64,000 bases of DNA, taken from positions 91,016,001-91,080,000 of the forward strand of contig NC_088798.1 of NCBI RefSeq assembly GCF_011386835.1, given 5' to 3'. Below the pieces are notes generated by a model, which saw only the letters and a list, made by a program, of their open reading frames with translations, was not told where the DNA came from and ran no database searches. Positions 24,284-36,200 of this stretch are shown here, one piece after another. Position 1 is the first letter of the stretch, and each line of letters opens with the position of its first letter. Made by a program: the position numbers and the translations under genes. This stretch comes from Chrysemys picta bellii (lineage: Eukaryota).

Positions 24284-26275
24284 TTAAAGAATAATGTTGA
24301 TACAGGGCTTATTTTTTGTTTTGTTTTAAGAAAGAATAAATCATTTGAAAAGGCTGCTTATGGGTATCACTATTCAAAAGAGAAAAACAATCCTTTTGTA
24401 ATTCCCACTCCATAGCTAGAATGAAAAGATGTTTAAATGCGAGTTACGTAATAAGCAGCTAAACAGAGAAATATTCTCAGTCAATATAAGCAATGAATGG
24501 GCAATCATCACTCTTCTTTATGGCTAGCTGGCTAAAAAGATTGATTCAAAAAATTGTAGTTACAGTTTATGAGCCAGATCCTGATCTTGTTACACCATTG
24601 TAAATGAAGTTACTCCAGTTTTACACTGCTGCAACTGAGATTAGAATCTGGCCCTATGTAGATATTCATCTTATCTAGTTCTAAAAATAACATTACATTT
24701 CAACCGAAAGAGCAAAGAAAGAAAATAAATCCACTGACACCATAATTTGTCTCACTAGATCATTTTTATACTTGTGTTCCATTTAAAAGAATAATCTGTA
24801 AATTACTTATCAAGAAAAGTTATTTGTTTGCACTAATCAAGCCTTAAACTTAGAGGCATAATATGGAACTAATTATTTTTAACTAACTAATCAACATGCT
24901 TCATTCATAAGTTGGGATTTATCAATATAGCACATGAAAGGAGAGAACATATTATTATTTCAATTTAGATAATATGCAAAAAACAGTGTGTTTGTAATGA
25001 CCTGCTTTCACTGAATATAATCAAGCTGCAAAGCTCTATTACAGGCTGGAAATAGCAGCAGCTTACTTTAATGAGATTTCTGGCTCTGGGCCCCAGCTGT
25101 TCTACGCAAGGCTCTCCCCTTGCTCTATGACCTACCAATATGTGCTGTCACCAGTAATGAGACAGGACCTATTTCCTAACATGGGGAAAAATTGGAAAGT
25201 GTGTGGTCAATCGACTACTCTGGCAGATACACACACCCTTTTCCCAAGCATGGAAGAAAGAGGGGAACATTTAATATGCAACATCTTTATCGGACCCCAC
25301 CGCTTCAACTTGCATTAAGATAACGTTAAACCCATAAGCCAGAGAATTCAGTGTTCATGCTGAAACTCTATTCTTAACTCATCCCTGTTGCACATAGGTA
25401 TTGCTGTTCATTAGGTACACACAGTATATGCCCCTCCCCTATGAAAGTCCCCTGACAGAGGACTCAAGTCTGCAAGGCATGGGGAAGAGAGGATGATTAT
25501 CGTCGTAGCCTTAACTCGGAATTTTCTGGATTTGGTGGAATTATGTTAGAACAAGGACTGGGAACATGCCAGGAGCTAAAGTGCTTCATCTAATTTGCAT
25601 AAAATGAGCAGATTGCCACTGCTTTTGTTTTTAATATGGAGATGAAGCCTGGAGACTACAGGTTCCAGCAAGCAATGCTGCATCTCTATCTGAGCAGCCT
25701 AGTCACTGAGCTCAAGCTAGAGCACTGCATCCTGGGACCTGACATCTCTGAAGGCTGTACCTCTGAAACAAAACACTGGGCTAGCCTCAGGTTCCACTGT
25801 AAACTCTGTGAACTGCATTTTGGTCATCCTTAATACTATTTTCACTGTTCTTTTTACGAGAGTTTCTTTATCATGTTCAAAGAAAAAAAATCCCTCTCCT
25901 GAAAGTGTTTGATAGTTTCAGATTTTTATTTTTTAAACATATATGTACCTCAAGGCCATAGCACCTCATTTGGAATCATTCAGGCCTTTCACTTGAATCC
26001 GTTGTTTAGGGACAAGAAGCTATCATATGTCAGTATTTCAAGCATCTAAAACCCAGAAATTATTCTATTGCCCTGCATACAATCCTCCTAGGAAAAAGCT
26101 GATGAACATTTTAGTCAGCACACGGGAAGGTGTGTGGATAACTGCACTTTGAAATTAAATGACTTGCTGCTTTTTAATTTGTCTTTTCACCCTTCCAAAA
26201 TACCCAAAGGCTCTAGCCCATATTATAAACGAATGGGCTTTGAAATCTTACTTTGAAAAAGGAAGATGTTACTGA

Positions 26276-26561
26276 AGCTATGTCTACACTGCAATTGAAG
26301 ATGTTATTGCATCGTGGGTAGACATATCTATGCTAGCTTTGATCTGTCTAGCAGAGCTAAAAGTAGCAGTGAAGATGTGACGGTGGAGACTTCAGTGCAG
26401 GCTTGACATGTAAGTATGGACCCAGGGTTCTGAAGTCCATGCCACTGAGTCTTCACTGCTATTTTTAGCCATGCTAGATAGATTAAAGTTAGCATAAGGT
26501 ATGCCTATCTGAGCTGCAATCACACCTCTGATTGCAGTTCAGTTGTGGTGTAGATACAGCC
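26276..26561. mobile_element. Harbinger-like MITE (TCTACACT family)
   Basis: AGCTATGTCTACACTG ... GGTGTAGATACAGCC; internal AGTAGCAGTGAAGA / TCTTCACTGCTATT palindrome. Confidence 0.75.
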
Positions 26562-29429
26562 TGCATTACATTGATGATAATACTTGGCACTTATACACTG
26601 TTGCTCTTTACAGGCATTGACTAATGACCCTCACAACACCCATGATGTATTCCTATTTCATTAATTATTCCTCTTTTATAGAAAGGTAAACAGAAACATT
26701 GAGGATCTAATTCTCCACTAGCATAAATGGGCTCAACTTCCATTGATTACACTGAACTGAATTTGGTTAAGAATACACACATTACTCTTGTCTACACTGA
26801 GCTTTTTTCTTGTCTACCCTGTTGCTCCCCCAATGGTAGTAATGCTGTGTCAGAGCTAGGATTTCTAGGATTAGGACTCAGGAATTCCTTCCTGTGGGGA
26901 CCCTGCCCAATCCATAATGGTTAGATACCACAGTAATATGGCAGGTGCTGTATAAAACTTATGATTGGTAGAGCACAAGCTGCTGCATTTTTGGAAATTA
27001 AATGGCAAAACAGATTTTATTTCAAATTTTCTTTTAAAATATGTATTTTTGTTGGAATTGTTCTATGCCCAGTGTTATCCCAGAGAGAATTGTTATGACT
27101 GAGTGAAAATAAGAGTTTTCAACAGTCAGGTTGCTAATCTTTTAAGTGTAGTTGCATAAAGAACCCCACTGTCCTAATACTACCTATTTCCTCTTTTAAA
27201 TTATTTATATATTTATTATATTTTACATGAGCTGTGGAACCTGGAGGCATTTTTGCAGTGTCAGGTCATTCTGAAGCACATTACATACAAAGAATCTACT
27301 CCATTACATTACAGGGCTAGCAAATGCAGTTGTATGTGATATTGTTCATTAATAGTGCATAATTACTGTATGTGAAATAGTTCTTTGGGCAGTGATGACA
27401 TTTTTTCATAAGGACTTAAAGCTCCAAGGCAATGTTCTCTATTAAGGGGCTGTTTCACATATGAGGGTATATCAATATACAGTACCTTAATGCAATTGCA
27501 GAAAAATAGTGAAGGCTGCTTAGCCAAATGAAGCTATTAACATGTATAATGTATTTTCCACAAGATTTAAATCGTTTACTGAGTTTATAAAAATCACATT
27601 TCATATCTCAGCTCTGTCATTGTAATACCTAGTGAATATCTAGTGAATAGCAGTTGCAGCTACATCAGTTTCAGACAAATACTAATTTCCTATGTAGAGA
27701 TGAATTTTTGTTTTTTCTCTGAAGCCTAAAAAATACTTGTGCACTCTTTGAAAATTGCTATAAAACCAGAATTTTCTCTAGATCTTGGATAATATTAGCT
27801 ATTCCTAGCATGCCTGAAGATTTTAGCTCAGTCATCCTGGAGCGATGGTTGAGGACAAAACATTTTCTTTCAAATCTGTCAGTTGCCTTTAGCACTGTTG
27901 AACATGAGCAGTGCCCTATGTACTGTGTGGCACGTTAAACCTAAGCTATTTAGCGGAGACACCAGAACTATGCCCCCCACAAATCCTCTTACCTTCAATT
28001 ATTCCTTCCACCCTCTGCAATCCAGTCCAATATGTACTGTATTCCTGATACTGTAAGTATAATTTTAATCTTGACACTTCATTCAATTAATTTCATGTCA
28101 CCCCTAATATTTAAATGTTTAATGGGTTGCAGGCTCCTCTATGGTAAGGCATAACTGCCCCACAGAAGTTGCCAGAGGGGAAAGCTGGTGGTTTGGGCAC
28201 ATGGGTGGGGATTTTGACACCCAAGAAGCAAGAACATACGTGAGCTGTTTTTGGTACCTCGGATATAGTTGTGGCATCTGGTTCTGGGAAGGGGTTGCAT
28301 CTCCTCTTTCCACTCCCTCTTTTGGACAGGGCCTTTAAATCTATGGGGAAACTGGAGATTTGAATTCCTTGTCACTCCACCCCAATGTCAGCTAATACAT
28401 CCCACAATGATAAATGAGCATGTCAGCCTGATGTTTTCCTAATATTATTGGCAATAGTACACAATGCTAGCATTTAAAGTTTGTGTCCTTATTAACTGAG
28501 GGTTCACCTTTCTATCCAGATGTTACCATGGTATCTGCACTCAGTGGAGGCACTAGAATTTACAGTCCCCTGATTTAAAAGAGGGGACTGCTGATAGGGC
28601 ATTTTCCATAAGGGGCGGGGTGGGGGAAGGAGTCTTTTGGCTTGAGAGGGCCCTGATTTTTTAACATCCAGGGCATACTGCAAAGCACATCTGTTCTCCT
28701 GGGCTTTTCTGGAAAGAGAGAGGTGAAGGATTTAAGGATTGTGAGTTGTAGGTACTGGGGTTTTTGGGCGGGGGGGAGGGTTGTGGTTTTTAGGAGGACC
28801 TACCACATTATGTTATGGCTTATTATGCCATTAAGTTGGTTGTGTCATATTCGATATTGTTATTTGGGGTATATGGCTTGGTTGGCAGAGTTCTTCTATT
28901 TTGCATTGAGAATATTTACTCTTTGTTGTGTTTTATCATTTGTACAGCACTAAAACTTTGGACAGGTGCTTTATTAAATCCAAATAAACCACAATCAAGG
29001 TTGTTTCTGAGTCATTAAAGTAAGTGAACAGATTTTTCTGCACCACTGCAGCTTTTCTCAATTTTTACTGTGACCCAAGTCACAATCTAACATTTATTGG
29101 GTGATGTGTTGCAGTCAGAATTGTCAGGATAAGGTTTGTACAAAGCAGGCTAGGAAATCTAATCCTCTAAGAGAGCAATACATTCCCCCTCATGAGTTAG
29201 CCTTGCAGTGAGGAGCTGGTCAAGGAGCTTGTGCCCCTGAAAAACTATTGTAGGAGGGTCCAACTCAGTGGTTAGCGCCATTGAAGACCCATCAACTAGA
29301 ACTGTCTAATAATGCCAGTAGAAATGGTCTGTAGAATTCCCCCATATAAGTCAATAGAAACTGAACCCATTAGATAGTGGTAATACAGTAATTTGTTATG
29401 ATACCTTACGGTTAAATAATATTTTAAAA

Positions 29430-29653
29430 ATACTTCATTTCTAAAGCTCTTTCAGGAGAGAGGTGCTAGCTTCATACATCACCACTGAATTGCAGCCTCC
29501 TCTTTGATGGAGAGTGGCCGCAAACTTGCACATTGCATCTTACACAGTCTTGATGGTGGGGAAGGAAAATTTTAAAATATACTAGAGCAAACCTCCACTC
29601 TTGTGGTCATGGGATCTTTAATGTCCAGGAGGACCAGACAGGAACTTAGGGTC
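29430..29653 (-). mobile_element. AmnSINE1-like fragment
   Basis: CACCACTGAATTGCAGCC, CATGGGATCTTTAATGTCCA and CAGACAGGAAC match the reverse AmnSINE1 consensus (recalled). Confidence 0.65.
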
Positions 29654-31621
29654 AGATTTTTTTAAAAGTTATTATGGTACCTAAAGATACAGATAGGTGC
29701 CTAGGTGCTTTTGAAAGTCCCAGTAAGCGCCTTTCTGCAGTTTTAGGTGCCTAAATACCTTTAAAAAAATCTGACTTTGTTTTTAAGGTTCCACCCAAAA
29801 GAGACCCATGTAATAAGTGTCAGGGAACTCTACAGGAGGAGGATGACGGACTGACTTGACCCTGCAAGTGTTTGGGTTTGTGGTTTGAGTGAGTCTAGAT
29901 ATTACAAAGGTCCTGCTTAGACTTCTAAGCAAATATTTAATTAGAGCAATAAGAATATGTATATATTGAAGGTTTTTAGAAATAACTGTCACTGTTTTAA
30001 TATGTCCATCACTGCAGAAACTAGTAATAATATCTTTAGCTCTCAGTGGAGGCTGCTGCTCTTCTGATATTTCCCAGCAGGAACTACAGGCTGGTGATGT
30101 AGCATGTGATTTGGAAAATGCAAGCTCCTATTTTAACATTTGGGAAAGCAGGAGACTTTCAGAGTTGTTTCAAATTCTATAGCTGTTAAATGTGATTGAT
30201 TTCAAAGTATTTATATAGCGTCTAAATTAATCAGTTAAAAAAACTCCACACAACTTATGTGGCAAATCATAATTCCTCCTGTTTGTTCATGCATTCCAAA
30301 TAAAGCTCAGCTGCATTTCCTGAGCTTTTCTTACTTTACATCATCAAACCATCAATGCGGCAGCTTCCTTTCTGGTTGCTGATATTTATAGACACTACTA
30401 ATTTTCTTTAGTGATTTATTCTTCTTTGCAATTACATGTCATGACTGCAATCTCTTCTATATCATTGTGCAGTTTTCCTTCAAGAGATTGTATAAAATGA
30501 CGCAAATCCTGCTGGGAAGCCGATGCCATCAAAATATCACCCGTTGAGAAGCCTCCATCAGGTAGCTAGTGCCAGGAAACCGTGTTTTTCATGCAAGGTG
30601 ATTAGCATCAGAGTTTGGAAGTTCTACTTGTATCACTAGTTGATCAGCACTTTGCTAATGCATTGCACGGGTGTGCCTGAATTTAAATGAAGGCCAGCCA
30701 TGCAGTCCTTTTCCAACTGTTTATTCAACAATACATTGTTGGAGCCAGGTTCATTGCTTCTTGACAGAAGTGCTTGTTAACTCTGAATCTATGATGATGA
30801 TGATAATAATAACCGAGTGACTGGAAAGTATAGAGAAAAATAGTGTTTAAAATTCAGACAGGCTTGCATAGGTTGCAAAACAGTAAACAAAAGGGGAAAT
30901 TGTAACCCAGTAATTAGATGTTTGAAAACAATGATGCTTTTCATTGTATGTAAACAAATATATTTTCAGAAACAGGGTGTATACAATTGCAGAAAAAAGG
31001 GCTTGCTTAATAAAATGCATGAACAATACTGGATTTGTTGAAAATATCATGTCACAATTGGGTGACAGAACAAGTTCAAAACGGCCTTGGAGTAGGTGGT
31101 GGTGGATACCCCACTACTGAGTGAAACTCTTTGAGAAGTGTTTCTATGTGGTGATTTCCATCTTTTCCTCTAGAATATACATAACATCTTAATTTCTTTT
31201 TCCCTTTTTTGTTACTTAACTCTGAAAAATGTTTGTATTTATTTATTTTGATTTATAGACATGATGAAAAAGAACGCCTATCGCTAGATGCCCTTGACGT
31301 AACTCAAAGTATCAGTGTAGTACTTTAAGATCACTCATCACAATCCTCCACCCCATTATTTCCCCATCTCTCCAATTACAATCCTGTCCCCCACCCATTT
31401 TCTAATATCTGGTGGGAGGGAGGGAAAATGAGTCTATGGCAAGCACTGAAGTTCATCAACTTTGGACTATTTCAGACCATGATGGAGCAAATTCCAAAGT
31501 TGTGAACCCGTCACAGAGAATACCCTGCTAGCAGTCCCTATTATTTATAGCTCATCTGATCTCAACTGTAGCAGTGAGGCATGGGGACAGAAGTGATCTT
31601 TCAGGAACAGGTAGGTAGTTT

Positions 31622-32282
31622 TGTGATGGATATCCAGCTGCCCTGTAATAATTTGTGAATATTGTATACTAACCTGGTTATTGGGATACTTATTGTATTA
31701 ATATATTGGTTTAGTTTAACTGTGGGCTGTAAGGAAAACAAGCAGGAAGGGAAGAAGAATAGCTCAGGATAAATCACTCCTCAGCAAACATTTGAGGATT
31801 GATATGGGCTCTGTTGCGTCTGGCTCGACCTCCTGTTAAGCCTACTGAACTGATTTTGTCCAGAAGCCGAAGAACTGACAAGAACAAGGGACTCTAGCTG
31901 GACTAAAAGGGGCTCTCTCTATCTTGAGTTGTTAAGGAGCTGGTCAGGGAAACCAGACTGATGCAGGCACCCACAAGGGTGTCTGAGGAATCTAGGCCTA
32001 GGATTATCACAGGATGATAGTGCGTTAGGTAAGACAGATGTGCACGTAGACTGTTGTTTTAAAATCCTTTTTATGCAGAAGGAAAAAAACACAGGTGCCA
32101 AACCCAGTTGGACCTGCTGAGTAAGCACAGTCAATACACAAGATTCTGTAGCCCAAGACTAGGCTAAGTATGGGAGAGTCACAGGATTGCACTCTAGAGG
32201 AGATAAAGGCATGAGGCCTATGACCTGAGAGGGTGCCCTCATAGAGATTATGAAGGGGGGAAGCCTAGCTAGCCCTGTAACC
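31622..32282. mobile_element. Probable solo LTR (Gypsy-like)
   Basis: ~660-bp block starting TGTGA and ending CCCTGTAAC(C), with LTR-like internal text (TTAGGTAAG...GTAGACTGTTGTTTTAAAATCC); no TSD found. Confidence 0.45.
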
Positions 32283-34239
32283 AGCACAGATTTGTTTATT
32301 TTTCATTTAGAAAATGCAACCAATACAGTCTTTATGCCGCATGTGTAATATTTAACATAAGATGACTTTTAAAAGACAGATATGGGAACAAAAGATTCCC
32401 TTCCCCCCTCCTCAGGATAAACTACACACCAAATTCCACCCAAGGAAGGCAAAAGCAATGAGCCCTGCATCCATACAGTCCATACACTGTTGCAGGGACA
32501 GATTTTCAAACATGTGAGGTATGCAAATATGTGTCTATTGTGTGCATGCAGACCAGGTAACTGCACTCAAATTAAGCACGGAATTTCACTTTGCATACTT
32601 AATGGCCTTGAAAAGCAGGCTCACTGTATGGAGGTTGCTATACAAGGTACAAGAATAATAACTAAACTTTTAATAAACATATAGGTATATCATAAAGTAT
32701 GCTTAATTACTATTATAATATATATATATATATTGCCTTTCATCCCTAAGCTTCCTAAAGTGCTTTAGACACCAAGGACCTGATCCCGTAGTACTTACTC
32801 AGTAAAAACTCTTCACTAAAGTCAGTTAGATCCTAGGTTCTACTATATCTACTTCATACCAGTGCTGGTATTCAGGCTTAATAATGCTGTGGCCTGGGCA
32901 TGGTAGTTCAAGAAGAAATTACAATAATGCTCATGAGGGCAGACTAAATTAAAATGGTTCTTTCCTTCCACCACTCCAACTTAGACAGTTGAATTCCAGC
33001 ACTGGTATACAGTGGTATGAACATGGCTCAGTATTTTTTCTATCCCTGTATAAACACCCCTATTTTTAGCTCTCATGTTATAATGTCCTCATCTCATCAT
33101 CCTGAAAGATCAGATTTATTGGATATTGCAATTTAAACCTCCACTTCCTTCCTCTACAAATGTAGCTAAGAATCACAACCCCTTTAAATTAGCCAATGCA
33201 TGCACGGTGATTTCCATTTGCATTGATACAAGAACATCTGATCTGACTTCTGTATTTTCTTTATGGGTTTATAGGTTGATGGGGCAAGGGAGGGGAGGAG
33301 GGGGAAACACTTGCAGATGAAAGATTCCAGCTGACCTTTGAAGTCATCCCGAATAGGCACCGCTCACGTGCCCAAATGACTTCGTTATATGTTCTCAATG
33401 ACATCTATGGATAGAGTTAGTGCCAGAAGGACAACACCATGGTGAACTGAAGGGGAGAGGACTGAACAATATGTGCTACAATGGGTTGCCATCTTTAATG
33501 AGAGCAAAATATGGCTTCTTGGGTCTCATTTTATACTGAAACTCTTTCCCTATTTTCATTCTAGTTTATTTGTAACTTATTTGCTTTCAGTGGGAGTAGT
33601 TGTGGTGAACATTTATTTTAAACCCTTCATCCTTAAATGTAATGTTTTTGTTGGCTTTTTGATTCTGAGGGGCCTGTGCAATTCCTAGTACCTGCAATCA
33701 AATTTATTGTACCTTCCTTTGTTTATATTCATGTTTATATCTTTCACTTGCAACTTTTGCCTCAGGGAGAAAATTCTAGTGCCAAAACACCACAAATTCT
33801 TGGATAAATTTTCAAAAATACTTAAGTGACTCAGGAACCTAAGTCCCAGGCTCATAAGTGGCTACGTCCCTTTTGAAAATGGGACTTAGACTCTTAAGCC
33901 AATGTAGCCAACTTTGAAAATTTGACACCTTGTCTTCGTATGCTATTTCTGCCATATAGAAACTAAAATGTTGAGATCAGATCTGATGGTATTTTGTCTG
34001 AATATATAACTCCTTGAAGCATTAAAGGCAGTGAGAAAAACACAAATATAACACCAGTGTCTACAGTGGGGTTTGTTTCCTGTGGAAGATGCATGTTCAG
34101 TCCTGTAAATTATTTCCTTTACCTTTTAAAAACACATATATTCTTCTGTAATAATACAACCCCCCACTCCTTCAAGCAGTGATATTGTAATGTTTGTGAT
34201 GATTAGATACTGCAGATATGGGGCAGATAGATTCTAGAA

Positions 34240-34571
34240 CAGAGCTTCTCAAAGCCGGTCCGCTGCTTGTTCAGGGAAAGCCCCTGGTGGGCCGGGCCAG
34301 TTTGTTTACCTGCCGCGTCTGCAGGTTCGGCCGATTGCAGCTCCCACTGGCCGCGGTTCGCCGCTCCAGGCCAATGGGGGCTGTGGGAAGGGCGGCCAGC
34401 ACATCCCTCGGCCCGCGCCGCTTCACGCAGCCCCCATTGGCCTGGAGCAGCGAACCGCAGCCAGTGGGAGCTGCAATCGGCCGAACCTGCGGACGTGGCA
34501 GGTAAACAAACCGGCCCGGCCCACCAGGAGCTTTCCCTGAACAAGCGGCGGCCCAACTTTAAGAAGCACTG
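34240..34571. mobile_element. Palindromic hAT MITE (termini type B)
   Basis: TIR CAGAGCTTCTCAAAG vs CAGTGCTTCTTAAAG (13/15); perfect TSD TTCTAGAA (34232-34239, 34572-34579); arms ~155 bp. Confidence 0.93.
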
Positions 34572-35149
34572 TTCTAGAATATACTTTAGTATTTATTTTT
34601 ATGGGTTCTTTGTTGCCTTGTTCTTTCTCTTGTTTTATTCCATTCTTATTCACTTATCATCATGTCTGTGCCCTGCAATCCACTCTTGCGATGACGTGGT
34701 TTTGATTACAGGGAGGTAGAGTTGCAATGGGCCTGTTCACAGGGTGATGAAGTCCTATAGCAAAGTAGGTTTTGTAACGTACATCAGTCCACGGGGTGAT
34801 AGGGTAGTGCAGGCAGGGAGGGATTGCTATATTGCTCAGCCCCTGTGGTTTCAGGGTTTGCAAAAGGCTTCTGCCCTCGGCAATGTGGGGAGGGAGATGG
34901 GGCTTGTAATGGGCCTGAGCTTTCAGGGTGTGGGTGTTACAATGAGGTGTGGTTTGCAGTGAGCCGAAACCCTCAGGGCATTACTGGGAGGTGGAATTTG
35001 CCGTGGCCAGAGCCCTCCGGGCATATAGTGAGACAGGGTTGGCAGCGGGTGTTACGTGCTCCCCAGGTTTTCCCCATGCAGTTCTATATCTTACTGGTTT
35101 CAGGCCTTTTGCCCCTTCGCCTCCCCCATTTAACAATGGAGTTTTGCCC

Positions 35150-36200
35150 AGGGACGTGCCCCCTGCTCGTTCTCATCCATGCAGGACAACAGAGAACCAG
35201 CAGTTACCGAGCGCTGCCATATTCAAAGATGGCTGCTCAAGGAGTACCTGCTTTCTTCAGTCCAAGATGGCCGTCCTGCTGGCAGCTAGCAGATGCTTGC
35301 CCCAATCCATGATGGCCACCAAGCAGGGAAGAATGCCCACCACAAAGATGGCGGTCGGAGTGGCACCTCTGTGCCCCTACCAAAAATGGCCGCCGCCCCT
35401 CCTTGAATCTCATGACGTCGCCAGGACGAGGCTTGTAAAGCAGGCGGGGGCGGGGCCTCCGCCTGAGGAGACGCGAGGGAGGCGGGGCTGGAGGTGTGTC
35501 CTCCCCAAACCGGAAGTGCCGCGCTGCCTCCCTCCAGCTGGTTGTCATTTCGCTCAGCGGCTCTGTCCTGAGGAGACGGGACTCGGCGGCGGCCGGGAGG
35601 GGAGGGAGGTACCGGCTGCGGCAGCGAGCAGGAGGCGGCCGGGGACAAGAGATTCCGTAATATCCAGACTCGCCGATTACTGAAACGCCTCCCGACTCCT
35701 CGGAGCCGGTCTCGCGCCCCCTCCCCCCGCGATAATCGATTGTTTTACATGAGGGGTAAGGGCAATCGCCTGCAGCTGCGAGGACGCGAAGCAAGGAAAG
35801 GACGCTTCGGAGCCGCCGCCGCAGGACCCCACCCCCCTGGTGACTCCAGCGGTCTCCCTCCCCTGCAGTCCTAATCGATCGTGACCCTGTCCCGTAATCT
35901 GCGGGCGATTTGGGAGAGCCGGTTAAACACCTTCCATGGGGGAGAGAGGAGCCTGGCCCCTCGCCGCCTGCACCATCCCCTCCCCGCTGGAGGCGGCTGC
36001 TCTCCTGAGGTAAAATCCCTCCTGCCTTCCCAGACGCCAGGACTTCTGAAGGGGGGGTGAGGGGGTACCCCATAGAGAACGGGGGCCTGGCGAGTCAGCC
36101 TCCCTGCACCAGCCTCTCGTCCCCTGCCGCATGCCGAGTCCCTGAGGTAAAATCCACCCTCCCTTGCAGACAAGGGCTCCCGCAGCTGAAGGAAGCCTAC
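35150..36200 (+). promoter_or_regulatory. CpG-island promoter of CPEB4
   Basis: GC/CpG-rich; YY1-like ATGGC cluster 35211-35394; CRE-like TGACGTCG 35413-35420; GC box GGGGCGGGGC 35447-35456; ETS CCGGAAGTG 35510-35518; Inr-like TCATTTC 35545-35551; no TATA box. Confidence 0.85.

Noticed and set aside
31261-31335. C/D snoRNA (ATGATGA C-box)
   Set aside because: No CTGA D-box or terminal stem at a suitable distance; intergenic.
19200-34719. Mirror-image ORFs at 19.2-19.6 kb and 34.2-34.7 kb
   Set aside because: Artefacts of the palindromic MITE core, which reads similarly on both strands; no transposase motifs.
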